A DNA stretch of 64,000 nt. Origin: Bacteroidota bacterium. Its GTDB lineage: Bacteria > Bacteroidota > Bacteroidia > Chitinophagales > CAMDFR01. Location: the NCBI GenBank assembly GCA_037130135.1, contig JBAXTO010000001.1:479608-543607 (forward strand), in the 5' to 3' direction. Both the position numbers and the translations under genes were made by a program. How positions within the stretch are numbered: the first letter of the stretch is position 1; each line of letters starts with the position of its first letter. This document shows positions 50,050 through 59,950 of the stretch, piece by piece. The notes beneath the pieces were generated by a model. It was given only the letters and a program-made list of their open reading frames with translations. It made no database searches and was not told where the DNA came from.

Positions 50050-50733
50050 ATGTTTCAATTATTGCAAATAGTAGATAGTACAGCTAAAAATGTAGCTCAA
50101 GCGCCTGTTATTCAAGATCATATAAACCTCTTAGATTTGCTTATGAAAGGTGGATGGGCAATGATACCTATCCTACTTTTATCTTTTGTAGCTATTTTCT
50201 TTTCTATAGAGCGATTTATTACAATTCATAAAGCTTCTAAAATCGACACCAACTTTATGAGGAATATTCGTGAATATCTTTTAGGTGGTAAAAAAGATGC
50301 GGCAATGTCTTTATGCAAAAATACCAACTCTCCTATTGCACGCCTAGTAGAAAAAGGTATAAAAAGAATAGGTAGACCATTTGAAGATATAGAAAGAGCT
50401 GTTGAAAGTGAAGGCAAATTAGAAATATATAAGCTAGAAAAACACATGAACTATCTTAGCATAATTGCAGGTATTGCTCCAATGGTTGGTTTTTTAGGTA
50501 CCATTTCGGGGGTGATAAACATTTTCTTTAAAATTGCTCAAACCAATGAATTAAGTATTGGTATCATCGCTGGCGGATTATATGAAAAAATGGTCACTTC
50601 TGGAGCAGGTTTATTAGTAGGTATTTTAGCTCATATTGCTTTCAACTATTTAAATGGTATGATTGATAGAGTTTCTTATCAATTAGAAAGATCTGCAGTA
50701 GAATTTATTGATGTACTAAATGAACCAGGTTAA
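50050..50733 (+). CDS. MotA/TolQ/ExbB proton-channel protein (second system)
   Basis: TM topology and a conserved PMVGFLGTISGVI...GGLYEKMVTSGAGLLVGI region. Confidence 0.85.
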   Translation: MFQLLQIVDSTAKNVAQAPVIQDHINLLDLLMKGGWAMIPILLLSFVAIFFSIERFITIHKASKIDTNFMRNIREYLLGGKKDAAMSLCKNTNSPIARLVEKGIKRIGRPFEDIERAVESEGKLEIYKLEKHMNYLSIIAGIAPMVGFLGTISGVINIFFKIAQTNELSIGIIAGGLYEKMVTSGAGLLVGILAHIAFNYLNGMIDRVSYQLERSAVEFIDVLNEPG

Positions 50734-50786
50734 CTAATATTTTTTTTGATTAAAAATCATCCCTATTATAATTAAATATATGAATA

Positions 50787-51200
50787 ATGAAGTTTAGAGG
50801 TAGAAATAGAATGCATAGTGAAGTTCAAACTCACGCATTTAATGATATTATGTTCTTTTTAATGATGTTTTTTTTAATTGCAGCTACTCTAGCTAATCCT
50901 TCTGCAATAAAATTGACTTTACCAAAAGCAAAAGGTGAAAAAAGCATCGTACGTAAACCAATAGAACTCTCTATTGATGCTAATTTAATCTATTATATCG
51001 GCAAAACACCAGTTCCATATGAAGAATTAGAAGCAGCATTATCTCAAGTTATTGAAACAGAAAAAGCCAATGGCAATCAAGATCCCGTAGTTAAATTATT
51101 TGTAGATCAATCTGTAACTATGCAAAAAGCTGCCGAAATTATGGATATTGGTGCTAACTTAAATGTAAAAATGTTATTAGCTCTGCAGAGAAAAGGATAA
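50787..51200 (+). CDS. ExbD/TolR-family protein (second system)
   Basis: NDIMFFLMMFFLIAAT TM and length 137 aa. Confidence 0.8.
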   Translation: MKFRGRNRMHSEVQTHAFNDIMFFLMMFFLIAATLANPSAIKLTLPKAKGEKSIVRKPIELSIDANLIYYIGKTPVPYEELEAALSQVIETEKANGNQDPVVKLFVDQSVTMQKAAEIMDIGANLNVKMLLALQRKG

Positions 51201-51261
51201 TGTATAACTAGATATGAAAATTGTAGAATTTTACATCTAGTTGTATACAAAAATATAAATT

Positions 51262-52149
51262 ATGAGTCAACCATTCGAAAGTATAAATAATAGTAATGAT
51301 ACTAAAAATAGAATACTTGCAATTATAATTGCTACTATTTTTCATGTGGCTATTATTTTTTTATTGATGCTTGTTGTTATAAAAATACCAAATCCACCTT
51401 TTCCTGAAAGAATTGCTAGTATTGAAGTGGATTATGGTAATACAGCTACGGGATCTGGTGATGAAGAACCTGCTCCTAATGATAATCCAAGTTTAACTCA
51501 AGGAAATACCAATCAAAATACAAGTGATGGAAGTACTGCAAAAACTACCACTACTGCTAATGCTACAAATGCGGCTAGCAATAATAATATGACAAGTGAA
51601 GCTGAAAAAGACATACCAGTAACTGAAGTTAAAAGTACTAGCACTAAACCTACTACTAATACTACAACAAACAACAGTGCAACTGGACCTGTAATTTCTA
51701 CACCTACAGTCAATAAAAATGCACTCTATACTAAAAAACCGGGTGCTGGAAGTGGTGCTGGAGCTTCAGGTAATAATCCTGGAAGCACAAGTGGAAGTCA
51801 AGGTACTGCAGGAGGACCTGGTAATCAAGGTGACCCATCAGGAACTCATTCGAATAATTATAGTGGAGTAGGTAAAGTAAATGATGGTTCTTATGCTTTA
51901 GCTGGAAGAACTGCTGTTACTAAACCTAAAGCAAGTACTAATTGCGCTGCTAAAGGTACAGTAGTAATAAAGATAACTGTAAATGGAAATGGAAAGGTTA
52001 TGACAGCTAAATATACACAAAGCGGTTCAAATACAAATGATGGTTGCTTAATTGCTAATGCTGAAGAAACAGCAAGAAGATGGGTTTTTAACAGCGACGA
52101 AAATGAAATTCAACAAGGTACAATTACATTTGTTTATAAAGACAGATAA
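51262..52149 (+). CDS. TonB-family protein with a T/N/S/G-rich (non-proline) linker
   Basis: N-terminal TM (ILAIIIATIFHVAIIFLLMLVVI), a ~145-aa low-complexity linker (about 51439..51876), and a C-terminal ~80-aa TonB_C-like domain (GTVVIKITVNGNGKVMTAKY...ARRWVFN). Confidence 0.7.
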   Translation: MSQPFESINNSNDTKNRILAIIIATIFHVAIIFLLMLVVIKIPNPPFPERIASIEVDYGNTATGSGDEEPAPNDNPSLTQGNTNQNTSDGSTAKTTTTANATNAASNNNMTSEAEKDIPVTEVKSTSTKPTTNTTTNNSATGPVISTPTVNKNALYTKKPGAGSGAGASGNNPGSTSGSQGTAGGPGNQGDPSGTHSNNYSGVGKVNDGSYALAGRTAVTKPKASTNCAAKGTVVIKITVNGNGKVMTAKYTQSGSNTNDGCLIANAEETARRWVFNSDENEIQQGTITFVYKDR

Positions 52150-52152
52150 TCA

Positions 52153-52656
52153 TTATTCTAAATAAGCACTTTCCTCTTCTTCGTTTAATATCACTTCAAT
52201 ATGTTCTTGTATGGTTGTTGCTAATGATAGTCCTACAAAATCTGCATGAATAGGAAATAATTTATGCTTTCTATCTAATAATAGTGCAATTTGTATTTTT
52301 TTAGGTGTTTCATGTAATAAAGGTTGTAGGGCATAAAACAATGTTTTTCCTGTATTACCTACATCATCAGTTAATACAACCACTTTATTTTTTAAAATAC
52401 TAGCTGGAACTGAATAAGTGATATCTTGTGCCAGAGGATTGGATTTATTAATACTCACCTGAATTAAATTCGCTTTGATTTGACTAGATATTTTTTCAAT
52501 TTCTAATTTAATTTTTGAGGCTATGATAAAACCATTATCCTTAATTCCCAATAAAAATATTTCCGATTCACCATCATTATCTTCCAAAATTTGATAGGCC
52601 ATTCGTACAATTTTAAGTTGAATATCTTCTTTTTTTAAAATTATATTTCGTTCCAA
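52153..52656 (-). CDS. Phosphoribosyltransferase-family protein (PyrR-like)
   Basis: PRPP-binding loop VVVLTDDVGNTGKT and length 167 aa. TTG start in the ORF track. Confidence 0.7.
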   Translation of the reverse strand: MERNIILKKEDIQLKIVRMAYQILEDNDGESEIFLLGIKDNGFIIASKIKLEIEKISSQIKANLIQVSINKSNPLAQDITYSVPASILKNKVVVLTDDVGNTGKTLFYALQPLLHETPKKIQIALLLDRKHKLFPIHADFVGLSLATTIQEHIEVILNEEEESAYLE

Positions 52657-52738
52657 TATGATTTATTATTTAATAGGTATTTGAACTGCTAAAATAGGAT
52701 TCTTTAGATTAAAAATCTAAATTATTAATGTATTTATA

Positions 52739-53590
52739 TTACTCATAATGAATATTACACAATTTTTCACTAAGCTCCCATAATTGGTTTTGTAATTGCT
52801 TATCATAAGAAATATCTACTGATTTTTGTGAAGCACATTTATTCCAATATAAGCCTGAAGTATTTTTCACTTCATTACTCGTAGCTAAATAGATGGATGT
52901 TTTTGCTCCTTCTGCGATACTGATTCCTCTAATGCTCCATATCTTCCATGCTAATGCTTCCCACCATTTAACTTGTTTTGTTCCTATTAACGTTTTAACA
53001 AGACCTGGATGTAATACATTTACGGTTATTGAAAGTGGTTTTAAAAGTTCGGCGAGTTTATAAGTAAATAAAACATTACACAATTTACTTTGTGCATAAA
53101 CCTTAAAAAAATTATACGAATTCTTGAAATATAGATTATTAAAATCAATTTGGCCTCTATAATGAGAATTAGAAGAAACACAAATAATTCGAGCTTCTGT
53201 TGACTTTTTTAAAAGCGGAAGCATTTCATAAGTGAACAAAAAATAAGCTAAGTGATTGGTTGCAAATTGCATTTCAATACCATCTTGACTTTCTTGATAA
53301 TGAGTGTATACTTGACCAGCATTATTGATTAATATATCAACCACTTCAATATCATTTCTGATTAAAGCGGCTGTTTTCTTAATTTCGTCCTGACTAGATA
53401 GATCACACAGATAATAGCTGCAGTTATCATTTTGAGTAGATTGATTAATATCATATACGGCTTGTTTGCATTTTTGTTTCGTTCTACCAATAATAATTAC
53501 TCGAAATCCTTGTTTAGCTAAAGCTAAAGATGTTTCGTAACCTATTCCAGCATTACCTCCTGTAATAATTGCAGTTTTTTTAGCTTGCAT
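52739..53590 (-). CDS. Short-chain dehydrogenase/reductase (SDR) family oxidoreductase
   Basis: TGGNAGIGYET cofactor motif, NNAG, and catalytic YAQSK. Confidence 0.85.
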   Translation of the reverse strand: MQAKKTAIITGGNAGIGYETSLALAKQGFRVIIIGRTKQKCKQAVYDINQSTQNDNCSYYLCDLSSQDEIKKTAALIRNDIEVVDILINNAGQVYTHYQESQDGIEMQFATNHLAYFLFTYEMLPLLKKSTEARIICVSSNSHYRGQIDFNNLYFKNSYNFFKVYAQSKLCNVLFTYKLAELLKPLSITVNVLHPGLVKTLIGTKQVKWWEALAWKIWSIRGISIAEGAKTSIYLATSNEVKNTSGLYWNKCASQKSVDISYDKQLQNQLWELSEKLCNIHYE

Positions 53591-53603
53591 TATAAATTAT
53601 ATT

Positions 53604-54005
53604 TTAATCAAAAAAATCATCCATATCGTCAGAATCTGAGTATTTATCAATATCTCTTCGGTCACGTTTAGTAGGCCTACCTGCACCTTTATCACGTATC
53701 CCGCCTGCTTTGTGAAAAACAGATTTTAATAATGGGTCAATAATTTCTGGTGGAGATAAATCTTCATAACAAGTCACTGCTATTGTAGCACTTACTCTTT
53801 TATCTATTAATTTACCAATCTTAAATATTTTAATGCTATGATTATGTCTGATTTGTATGGTATCTCCGATTGCAACTAATTTAGAAGCTTTAATACTTGT
53901 ATTATCCATTTTAACTTTACCTGCTTCACATGCTTCTGTAGCAAGAGTTCTAGATTTGTATAATCTAATTGCCCATAACCATTTGTCAACTCTTACTTTT
54001 TCCAT
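53604..54005 (-). CDS. hslR: S4-domain RNA-binding heat-shock protein Hsp15-like
   Basis: VRVDKWLWAIRLYKSRTLATEACEAGKVKMD S4 domain and a basic/acidic tail. Length 133 aa. Confidence 0.75.
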   Translation of the reverse strand: MEKVRVDKWLWAIRLYKSRTLATEACEAGKVKMDNTSIKASKLVAIGDTIQIRHNHSIKIFKIGKLIDKRVSATIAVTCYEDLSPPEIIDPLLKSVFHKAGGIRDKGAGRPTKRDRRDIDKYSDSDDMDDFFD

Positions 54006-54079
54006 AAAAATATTTGTTGGTAAATGTATAAATTTATTGTAAATTCGTCTTATATTTTGATTTCAACTATATAATAAAT

Positions 54080-54622
54080 ATGTATATTAAAAATAATTCA
54101 GTCACTAAGTTAATATTCTTGTCTATATTAATTCTATTTACAACCACAAATTTATTAGCACAGAACCACATTAAGTGGATGACATGGGAAGAAGCACAAG
54201 CGGCTAACAAAAAAAACCCTAAGAAAATATTTGTGGATGTATATACTGATTGGTGTGGTTGGTGTAAAAAGATGGATGCTACTACATTTGAAGATCCAAA
54301 AATTGTAAATTATATAAATAAAAATTTTTATGCTGTTAAATTTAATGCTGAACAAAAAGAAGACATTATTTTTAACGGAAAAACCTATAAGTACGTATCT
54401 AATGGAACTCGAGGTTATCACGAATTAGCTAATGAACTTATGCAGGGTAGAATGAGCTATCCAACTTCATTATACCTAGATGAAAACTTAAATTTATTAA
54501 GTCCAGTTCCAGGATATCAAGATGTACCTACTTTAGAAATGATTCTTAGATTTTTTGGTGAAAAAACCTATTTGACTTCAACTTGGGAAGAATATCAAAA
54601 AAATTATGTGGCACCTAAATAA
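54080..54622 (+). CDS. Secreted thioredoxin-fold protein
   Basis: Signal peptide and the CxxC motif DWCGWCKKMD. Confidence 0.75.
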   Translation: MYIKNNSVTKLIFLSILILFTTTNLLAQNHIKWMTWEEAQAANKKNPKKIFVDVYTDWCGWCKKMDATTFEDPKIVNYINKNFYAVKFNAEQKEDIIFNGKTYKYVSNGTRGYHELANELMQGRMSYPTSLYLDENLNLLSPVPGYQDVPTLEMILRFFGEKTYLTSTWEEYQKNYVAPK

Positions 54623-54651
54623 TTAGATAAAATAAGAAGTACATTAGCAAC

Positions 54652-55974
54652 ATGAAATATCTTATAGTTACTTTACTTTTTATTTTTCAAATTTCTTTCC
54701 TACAAGCAAATAATCTAAAACCTAAACTTATTTCAGGCCCTGTGATAGGAAGCGTTACTGATCATAGCGCTAAAATTTGGTATGCCTATTCTGGTAGATG
54801 TGATGTAATAGTTGCCTTATTTGATGCTGTTCATAAAGAAGTTAAATTCCCTACTTCACTTGATTTCATCAAAAATAAAAAAGGTGTAATCGCTATGACA
54901 CTTTCGTTTAGTGAATTAAGACCTAACACTAAATATGTTATCACTATAACTTTTAATAAGCAACTGATGAGTGACAAATATGCTCTGACTACTATGAGTG
55001 CAGAACCAATAAAAGACTTTTCATTTATTGCCGGGTCTTGTTTTTTAGAAATGCCGAATGCTTTTGGAAGAATGTTTTTACCTGGTGCACATAAACGAAT
55101 ATTTGAACCTATGTCGAAAGACTCAACAGCTGACTTTAATTTATGGCTTGGTGATAATACCTATTTATTATTTGGACAATGGAATTCCTTTGAGAAAAAT
55201 TTTAAACGTCAATTATCTACACGAACGAAGAATAAATTATATTCTAAATATTTAATGAGCAGACCTAATTATGCAATATGGGATGATCATGATTTTGGTC
55301 CAAATGATTGTGACGGACAGTTTGCATTGAAAGATACTTCATTAAATATTTTCAAACACTTTTGGCCAAATGAACAATTTGGTTTACCCGAAACAAAAGG
55401 GATTTTTAGTAGTTTTAGTCAATACGATTGTGATTTTTTTCTATTAGATGATAGATATTATCGTTCATCTGAAGAAGATTCAAATGGGCATCTATTAGGG
55501 GATGAACAAATGCAATGGTTAAAAATTAGCTTACTTAATAGTAAAGCAACTTTTAAATTTATTATAACAGGATCTCAAGTATTAAATCAACAAACTGAAA
55601 AAGAATGTTGGAGAAGTGATTTTCCTAAAGATACTAAAGATTTCTTAGCCTTTATTAAAAATAATCAAATAAATGGTATTGTATTTTTAACTGGTGATAG
55701 GCATTTAACTAGAGTAGTTAAAGATGAAACGATTACTAATTATCCTATATATGATTTTACAATTTCACCTGTTTTAAGTATATTGAGTAAAGTAACGGAA
55801 ATAGAAAAAAACAATCCTCAAGTGATAACAAAAACTTTAGTTGAAGGGAAACGCAATTTTGCTAAAATAGAAGTTACTGGAAGTCCTGGTAATCGTATAT
55901 GTACTATTCATGATTTAGATGAATATGGTGTAGAACAATGGCAGATATCTTTGAAAGAAGAAGAATTAAAATAA
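54652..55974 (+). CDS. PhoD-like (alkaline phosphatase D family) metallophosphatase, secreted
   Basis: Signal peptide and motifs WLGDNTYL, WDDHDFGPND and GDRH. Confidence 0.75.
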   Translation: MKYLIVTLLFIFQISFLQANNLKPKLISGPVIGSVTDHSAKIWYAYSGRCDVIVALFDAVHKEVKFPTSLDFIKNKKGVIAMTLSFSELRPNTKYVITITFNKQLMSDKYALTTMSAEPIKDFSFIAGSCFLEMPNAFGRMFLPGAHKRIFEPMSKDSTADFNLWLGDNTYLLFGQWNSFEKNFKRQLSTRTKNKLYSKYLMSRPNYAIWDDHDFGPNDCDGQFALKDTSLNIFKHFWPNEQFGLPETKGIFSSFSQYDCDFFLLDDRYYRSSEEDSNGHLLGDEQMQWLKISLLNSKATFKFIITGSQVLNQQTEKECWRSDFPKDTKDFLAFIKNNQINGIVFLTGDRHLTRVVKDETITNYPIYDFTISPVLSILSKVTEIEKNNPQVITKTLVEGKRNFAKIEVTGSPGNRICTIHDLDEYGVEQWQISLKEEELK

Positions 55975-55981
55975 AAAAGTA

Positions 55982-56416
55982 TCATAAGTATTTAAACATA
56001 TAATGATGAGGAATTCCTACTTCTTGAAACTCCTCCCCTTTTATTTGATAATCTAATTTTGTATAAAAACTTAGTGCTGTATTTCTCGCATGACAGTAGA
56101 TATAAGTATATGCCTTTTTTCTTGCAAAATCTTCAGCATAAAGCATCAATTCTTTTCCTAGTCCCATTGATTGATATGATGGATCAATAGCCACTTGTCT
56201 AACTTTAATTTTGTTATTACCTTCTTCCACTAATTGCAAACCACCTACAATTTTTTGTTTAACTAAAATCACTATATGTATAAAGTTAATTTCAGCAGCT
56301 AATTGTTCATTTGTATATCTTAATCCTAAAGGCTCACGTAATACTTTACTACGTATTTCTAACATTTGATTGAATGCTTCATTATTAAATTCTATAATTT
56401 TAAATTCTATGTCCAT
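55982..56416 (-). CDS. GNAT-family N-acetyltransferase
   Basis: Acetyl-CoA motif VRQVAIDPSYQSMGLGKELM and length 144 aa. Confidence 0.8.
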   Translation of the reverse strand: MDIEFKIIEFNNEAFNQMLEIRSKVLREPLGLRYTNEQLAAEINFIHIVILVKQKIVGGLQLVEEGNNKIKVRQVAIDPSYQSMGLGKELMLYAEDFARKKAYTYIYCHARNTALSFYTKLDYQIKGEEFQEVGIPHHYMFKYL

Positions 56417-56437
56417 GAATACTTTTATTTTTGCAAT

Positions 56438-57106
56438 GTGAATATACTACAATACATATATTATTTCTTTCGATCAATAAGATATAGAGGATTTATTTTT
56501 ACCTTAAAATTATTATATTTTGAATTCTATTATGAAAGAAAACTAGGTATTAAAACACTACAAATAGCTAATTTAGAATCATTAAATACCATAAATAATG
56601 ATTATGAAAATAATCACCATTACCAAGGAGCAAGTTATTATGTACTTAGTATTTTATTTAAAAAGATAAAAAAATATAGTACTGATAAAACTTTTATCGA
56701 TTATGGTTGCGGTAAAGGAAGGGTATTAATTATGGCTGCATTGGAAGGTTTCGACCCTATCAAAGGTATTGATTTAGCGAAAGAGTTATGTGAGATTAGT
56801 CTCACAAATATTGAAAGAGTAAGAACAAAAATTGGAAATACTAAGATTGAAGTTGTTCAAGCAGATGCAACAAATTATACTTCAATAGATGATATCCATA
56901 TTTTCTTTTTTTTCAATCCTTTTGGAAGATTAGTTATGAACCAGGTTGTTAATCAAATTGAACAAAGTAAATTAAGAAATCCTAGAACTGTTTACATTAT
57001 TTATGTAAATCCCTTATACGTAGATTGCTTTATACATGCTAATTATGAAGTACTAGAAGAAATCCACAGTAAAGAGTATACAGAAGGGATTATTTTAAAG
57101 AAGTAA
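56438..57106 (+). CDS. Class I SAM-dependent methyltransferase (start uncertain)
   Basis: Motif I FIDYGCGKGRV. No in-frame ATG lies before the catalytic core. Candidate starts are GTG 56438 and TTG 56366, and the latter would overlap the divergent GNAT gene by 51 nt. Confidence 0.6.
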   Translation: MNILQYIYYFFRSIRYRGFIFTLKLLYFEFYYERKLGIKTLQIANLESLNTINNDYENNHHYQGASYYVLSILFKKIKKYSTDKTFIDYGCGKGRVLIMAALEGFDPIKGIDLAKELCEISLTNIERVRTKIGNTKIEVVQADATNYTSIDDIHIFFFFNPFGRLVMNQVVNQIEQSKLRNPRTVYIIYVNPLYVDCFIHANYEVLEEIHSKEYTEGIILKK

Positions 57107-57785
57107 TAGCTAAATACTGCTTCAATATTTCTTTATTATGGTTGTATCTTTCTTTAAGTTCCGGAGATAAATTTTTAAACTTTGCTTCAAAATTTTTAAA
57201 TGTTTTCATGGCTAGTTGATTGTCAGACAATGCCGCCATTAATAATTTGTCCATTATTAATTTAATAGTTGATTCAGATGCATTATTAGAAAGTTGGTAG
57301 GATTCAAAAACATCTAAGATTTGGCTTTGGGTATATCTAGGAAAATTCGAATTGAATACGAAAATAGATTCAAGTTTATTTGATGAATTTACAAATACTT
57401 TTTCTATAAAAATTGCTGTTGGTAAGTAGGTATAATTAATTGTTTGAGGGAGGTAATACTCTGGAGTAAAAAATAAAGTATCTTTTATATTTTCTAATGT
57501 ATACTCATTATTTGCTGCAAGCACTATAGAATCAGATGTAGCACAATTAATGACATGTACCGATTTATAGGTAGTACGAGCATACTTTTGAATTTTAGTC
57601 GCACATACAATCATTTCTTTTTTGTTTGCTAGTAAAAATGAATTTATATATTCAGTGTTTGTATTATTACATGAACATTTTTTGACTAATTCGTTGGAAT
57701 TATGTATTGATTTATGAATTGCACATGAAAAGAGCAATATTGTGCTAAGAATAGATAATACTAAAATTTTAAAATTTATATGCAT
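57090..57785 (-). CDS. Hypothetical lipoprotein
   Basis: From ATG 57785 the product begins MHINFKILVLSILSTILLFSC, a lipobox-like LFSC. The ORF-track TTG 57803 lies in the loop of the dnaK terminator hairpin. I recognise no family. Confidence 0.5.
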   Translation of the reverse strand: MHINFKILVLSILSTILLFSCAIHKSIHNSNELVKKCSCNNTNTEYINSFLLANKKEMIVCATKIQKYARTTYKSVHVINCATSDSIVLAANNEYTLENIKDTLFFTPEYYLPQTINYTYLPTAIFIEKVFVNSSNKLESIFVFNSNFPRYTQSQILDVFESYQLSNNASESTIKLIMDKLLMAALSDNQLAMKTFKNFEAKFKNLSPELKERYNHNKEILKQYLAITSLK

Positions 57786-57819
57786 AAAAAAATCCCTTTT
57801 CAAATATATGAAAAGGGAT
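57786..57819 (-). terminator. Rho-independent terminator after dnaK
   Basis: Perfect 9-bp stem atccctttt/aaaagggat, 10-nt loop, then T7 on the minus strand (plus-strand A-run 57786..57792). Confidence 0.75.
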
Positions 57820-57842
57820 CTTATTTATTAAATTTGAAAGAA

Positions 57843-59765
57843 TTATTTTACTTCTTCAAAGTCAGCATCACTTACATTTGAATCTGCTCCTGCCTCTGCA
57901 TTTGCATGTTCTTCTTGTTGACCAGCACCTGGATTTGCATCACCACTAGCTTGTGCTTGTTGTTGTGCTTTATATATATCTTCTGACGCCGCATGCCATG
58001 CTTCGTTTAAATTTTTAATCGCTGAATCTAATTGAGTTAAATCATCAGAATCTTTAGCTGTTTTTAAAGCATTCCAAGCTGATTCGATATTAGCTTTTTT
58101 ATCTGCAGGCATTTTATCACCAAACTCTTTTAATTGTTTTTCTGTTTGGAAAATAAGTGTATCTGCTTCATTTGTTTTTTCAACTTTTTCACGAGCAGCT
58201 TTATCAGCATTTTCATTTGCTTGAGCTTCTTTTCTCATTTTTTCGATTTCCTCTTTACTCAAACCAGTTGATGCTTCAATTCGAATCGTTTGTTGTTTAT
58301 TCGTTCCTTTATCTAGAGCACTTACCTGAAGAATACCATTTGCATCTAAATCGAAAGATACTTCAATTTGTGGAGTACCTCTCATAGCTGGAGGTAAATC
58401 ACTTAAGTGAAATCTACCAATTGTTCTATTATCTTTAGCCATAGTACGCTCCCCTTGTAAAACATGAATTTCAACACTCGTTTGATTATCTGCAGCGGTA
58501 GTAAACGATTGAGATTTTTTAGTAGGGATAGTTGTATTACTTTCAATAAGTTTAGTCATTACGCCACCCATCGTTTCAATACCTAATGAAAGTGGAGTAA
58601 CATCAACTAATACGATATCGCCGGTTACATCGCCACTTAAGATACCCCCTTGAATAGCCGCACCTACTGCTACTACCTCATCAGGATTTACTCCTTTACT
58701 TGGTTTTTTACCAAAGAATTTCTCTACAACTTCTTGAATTTTAGGAATACGAGTAGAACCACCAACTAATAATACTTCATCAATATCATTTGCTGTATAT
58801 CCAGCATCTTTTAATGCTTGTTTACAAGGTTCTAAGCTTCTTTCTACTAATTTATCTGCTAATTGTTCAAATTTTGAACGACTTAATTTTTTAACTAAAT
58901 GTTTTGGAACACCATCTATTGCTGTTATATATGGTAAATTAATTTCTGTTTCTTGAGAACTACTCAATTCGATTTTAGCCTTTTCAGCTGCTTCTTTTAG
59001 ACGTTGAAGAGCCATAGGATCTTTTTTCAACTCAATATTTTCTTGAGATTTAAATTCAGCTGCTAACCAATCTATAATAACTTGATCAAAATCATCACCA
59101 CCTAAGTGGGTATCACCATTTGTAGATTTAACTTCAAATACACCATCTCCCAATTCTAGGATAGATACATCAAATGTACCACCTCCTAAATCATAAACAG
59201 CAATTTTCATATCCTTACCACCTTTATCAAGTCCATATGCTAATGCTGCAGCAGTTGGTTCGTTTATAATTCTTTTTACAGTCAAACCTGCAATTTCACC
59301 TGCTTCTTTAGTAGCTTGTCTTTGTGAATCATTAAAATATGCTGGCACAGTTATAACCGCTTCTGTAACTGTAGTTCCTAAATAGTCTTCAGCAGTTTTT
59401 TTCATTTTTTGTAAAATCATTGCTGAAATTTCTTGTGGAGTATACATTCTACCATCAATATCAACACGTACCGTATCATTATCCCCACCACTTACTTTAT
59501 ATGATAGATTCTCAGCATCTTGTTTACTTTCACTATATCTTCTTCCCATAAATCTTTTTATCGATTGTATGGTTTTAGTTGGATTAGTGATGGCTTGTCT
59601 TTTAGCTGGATCTCCTATTTTACGTTCTCCATTATCAATAAATCCTACTACTGATGGTGTTGTTCTTCTACCTTCATCATTCTGAATTACTACAGGATCA
59701 TTTCCTTCCATTACGGCTACACAAGAGTTGGTGGTACCTAAATCAATTCCAATTATTTTTCCCAT
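57843..59765 (-). CDS. dnaK: Molecular chaperone DnaK (Hsp70)
   Basis: [23 protein letters not shown] and [14 protein letters not shown] motifs. Length 640 aa. Confidence 0.97.
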   Translation of the reverse strand: MGKIIGIDLGTTNSCVAVMEGNDPVVIQNDEGRRTTPSVVGFIDNGERKIGDPAKRQAITNPTKTIQSIKRFMGRRYSESKQDAENLSYKVSGGDNDTVRVDIDGRMYTPQEISAMILQKMKKTAEDYLGTTVTEAVITVPAYFNDSQRQATKEAGEIAGLTVKRIINEPTAAALAYGLDKGGKDMKIAVYDLGGGTFDVSILELGDGVFEVKSTNGDTHLGGDDFDQVIIDWLAAEFKSQENIELKKDPMALQRLKEAAEKAKIELSSSQETEINLPYITAIDGVPKHLVKKLSRSKFEQLADKLVERSLEPCKQALKDAGYTANDIDEVLLVGGSTRIPKIQEVVEKFFGKKPSKGVNPDEVVAVGAAIQGGILSGDVTGDIVLVDVTPLSLGIETMGGVMTKLIESNTTIPTKKSQSFTTAADNQTSVEIHVLQGERTMAKDNRTIGRFHLSDLPPAMRGTPQIEVSFDLDANGILQVSALDKGTNKQQTIRIEASTGLSKEEIEKMRKEAQANENADKAAREKVEKTNEADTLIFQTEKQLKEFGDKMPADKKANIESAWNALKTAKDSDDLTQLDSAIKNLNEAWHAASEDIYKAQQQAQASGDANPGAGQQEEHANAEAGADSNVSDADFEEVK

Positions 59766-59880
59766 TTTCTTTTTTGTTTATTTTATGTTATTGTAATATT
59801 CGATTTTTTATGAATCTATAATTTTCGATTCGCCATCTTGATTGCAAGAGATATGCCAACAGAATTTACTGACAAAATGA

Positions 59881-59922
59881 AATAAAAATGGCTGTCATAC
59901 TTTATTTACAAGTATAACAGCC
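59881..59922 (-). terminator. Rho-independent terminator after the 59951..60964 gene
   Basis: Stem ggctgtcatact/agtataacagcc (12 bp with 1 mismatch), 9-nt loop, followed on the minus strand by a T-rich run (plus-strand aataaaaa). Confidence 0.65.
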
Positions 59923-59950
59923 AGTTGTTTTTATGTCAAATAGACAGAAA

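Noticed and set aside
59766-59880. A search for a CIRCE-type inverted repeat (TTAGCACTC-N9-GAGTGCTAA) or a perfect -7 box upstream of dnaK.
   Set aside because: Neither is present. I saw only a 7-nt direct repeat (ttcgatt at about 59799 and 59824) and a near-miss tcattttg, which is not enough to call a regulatory site.
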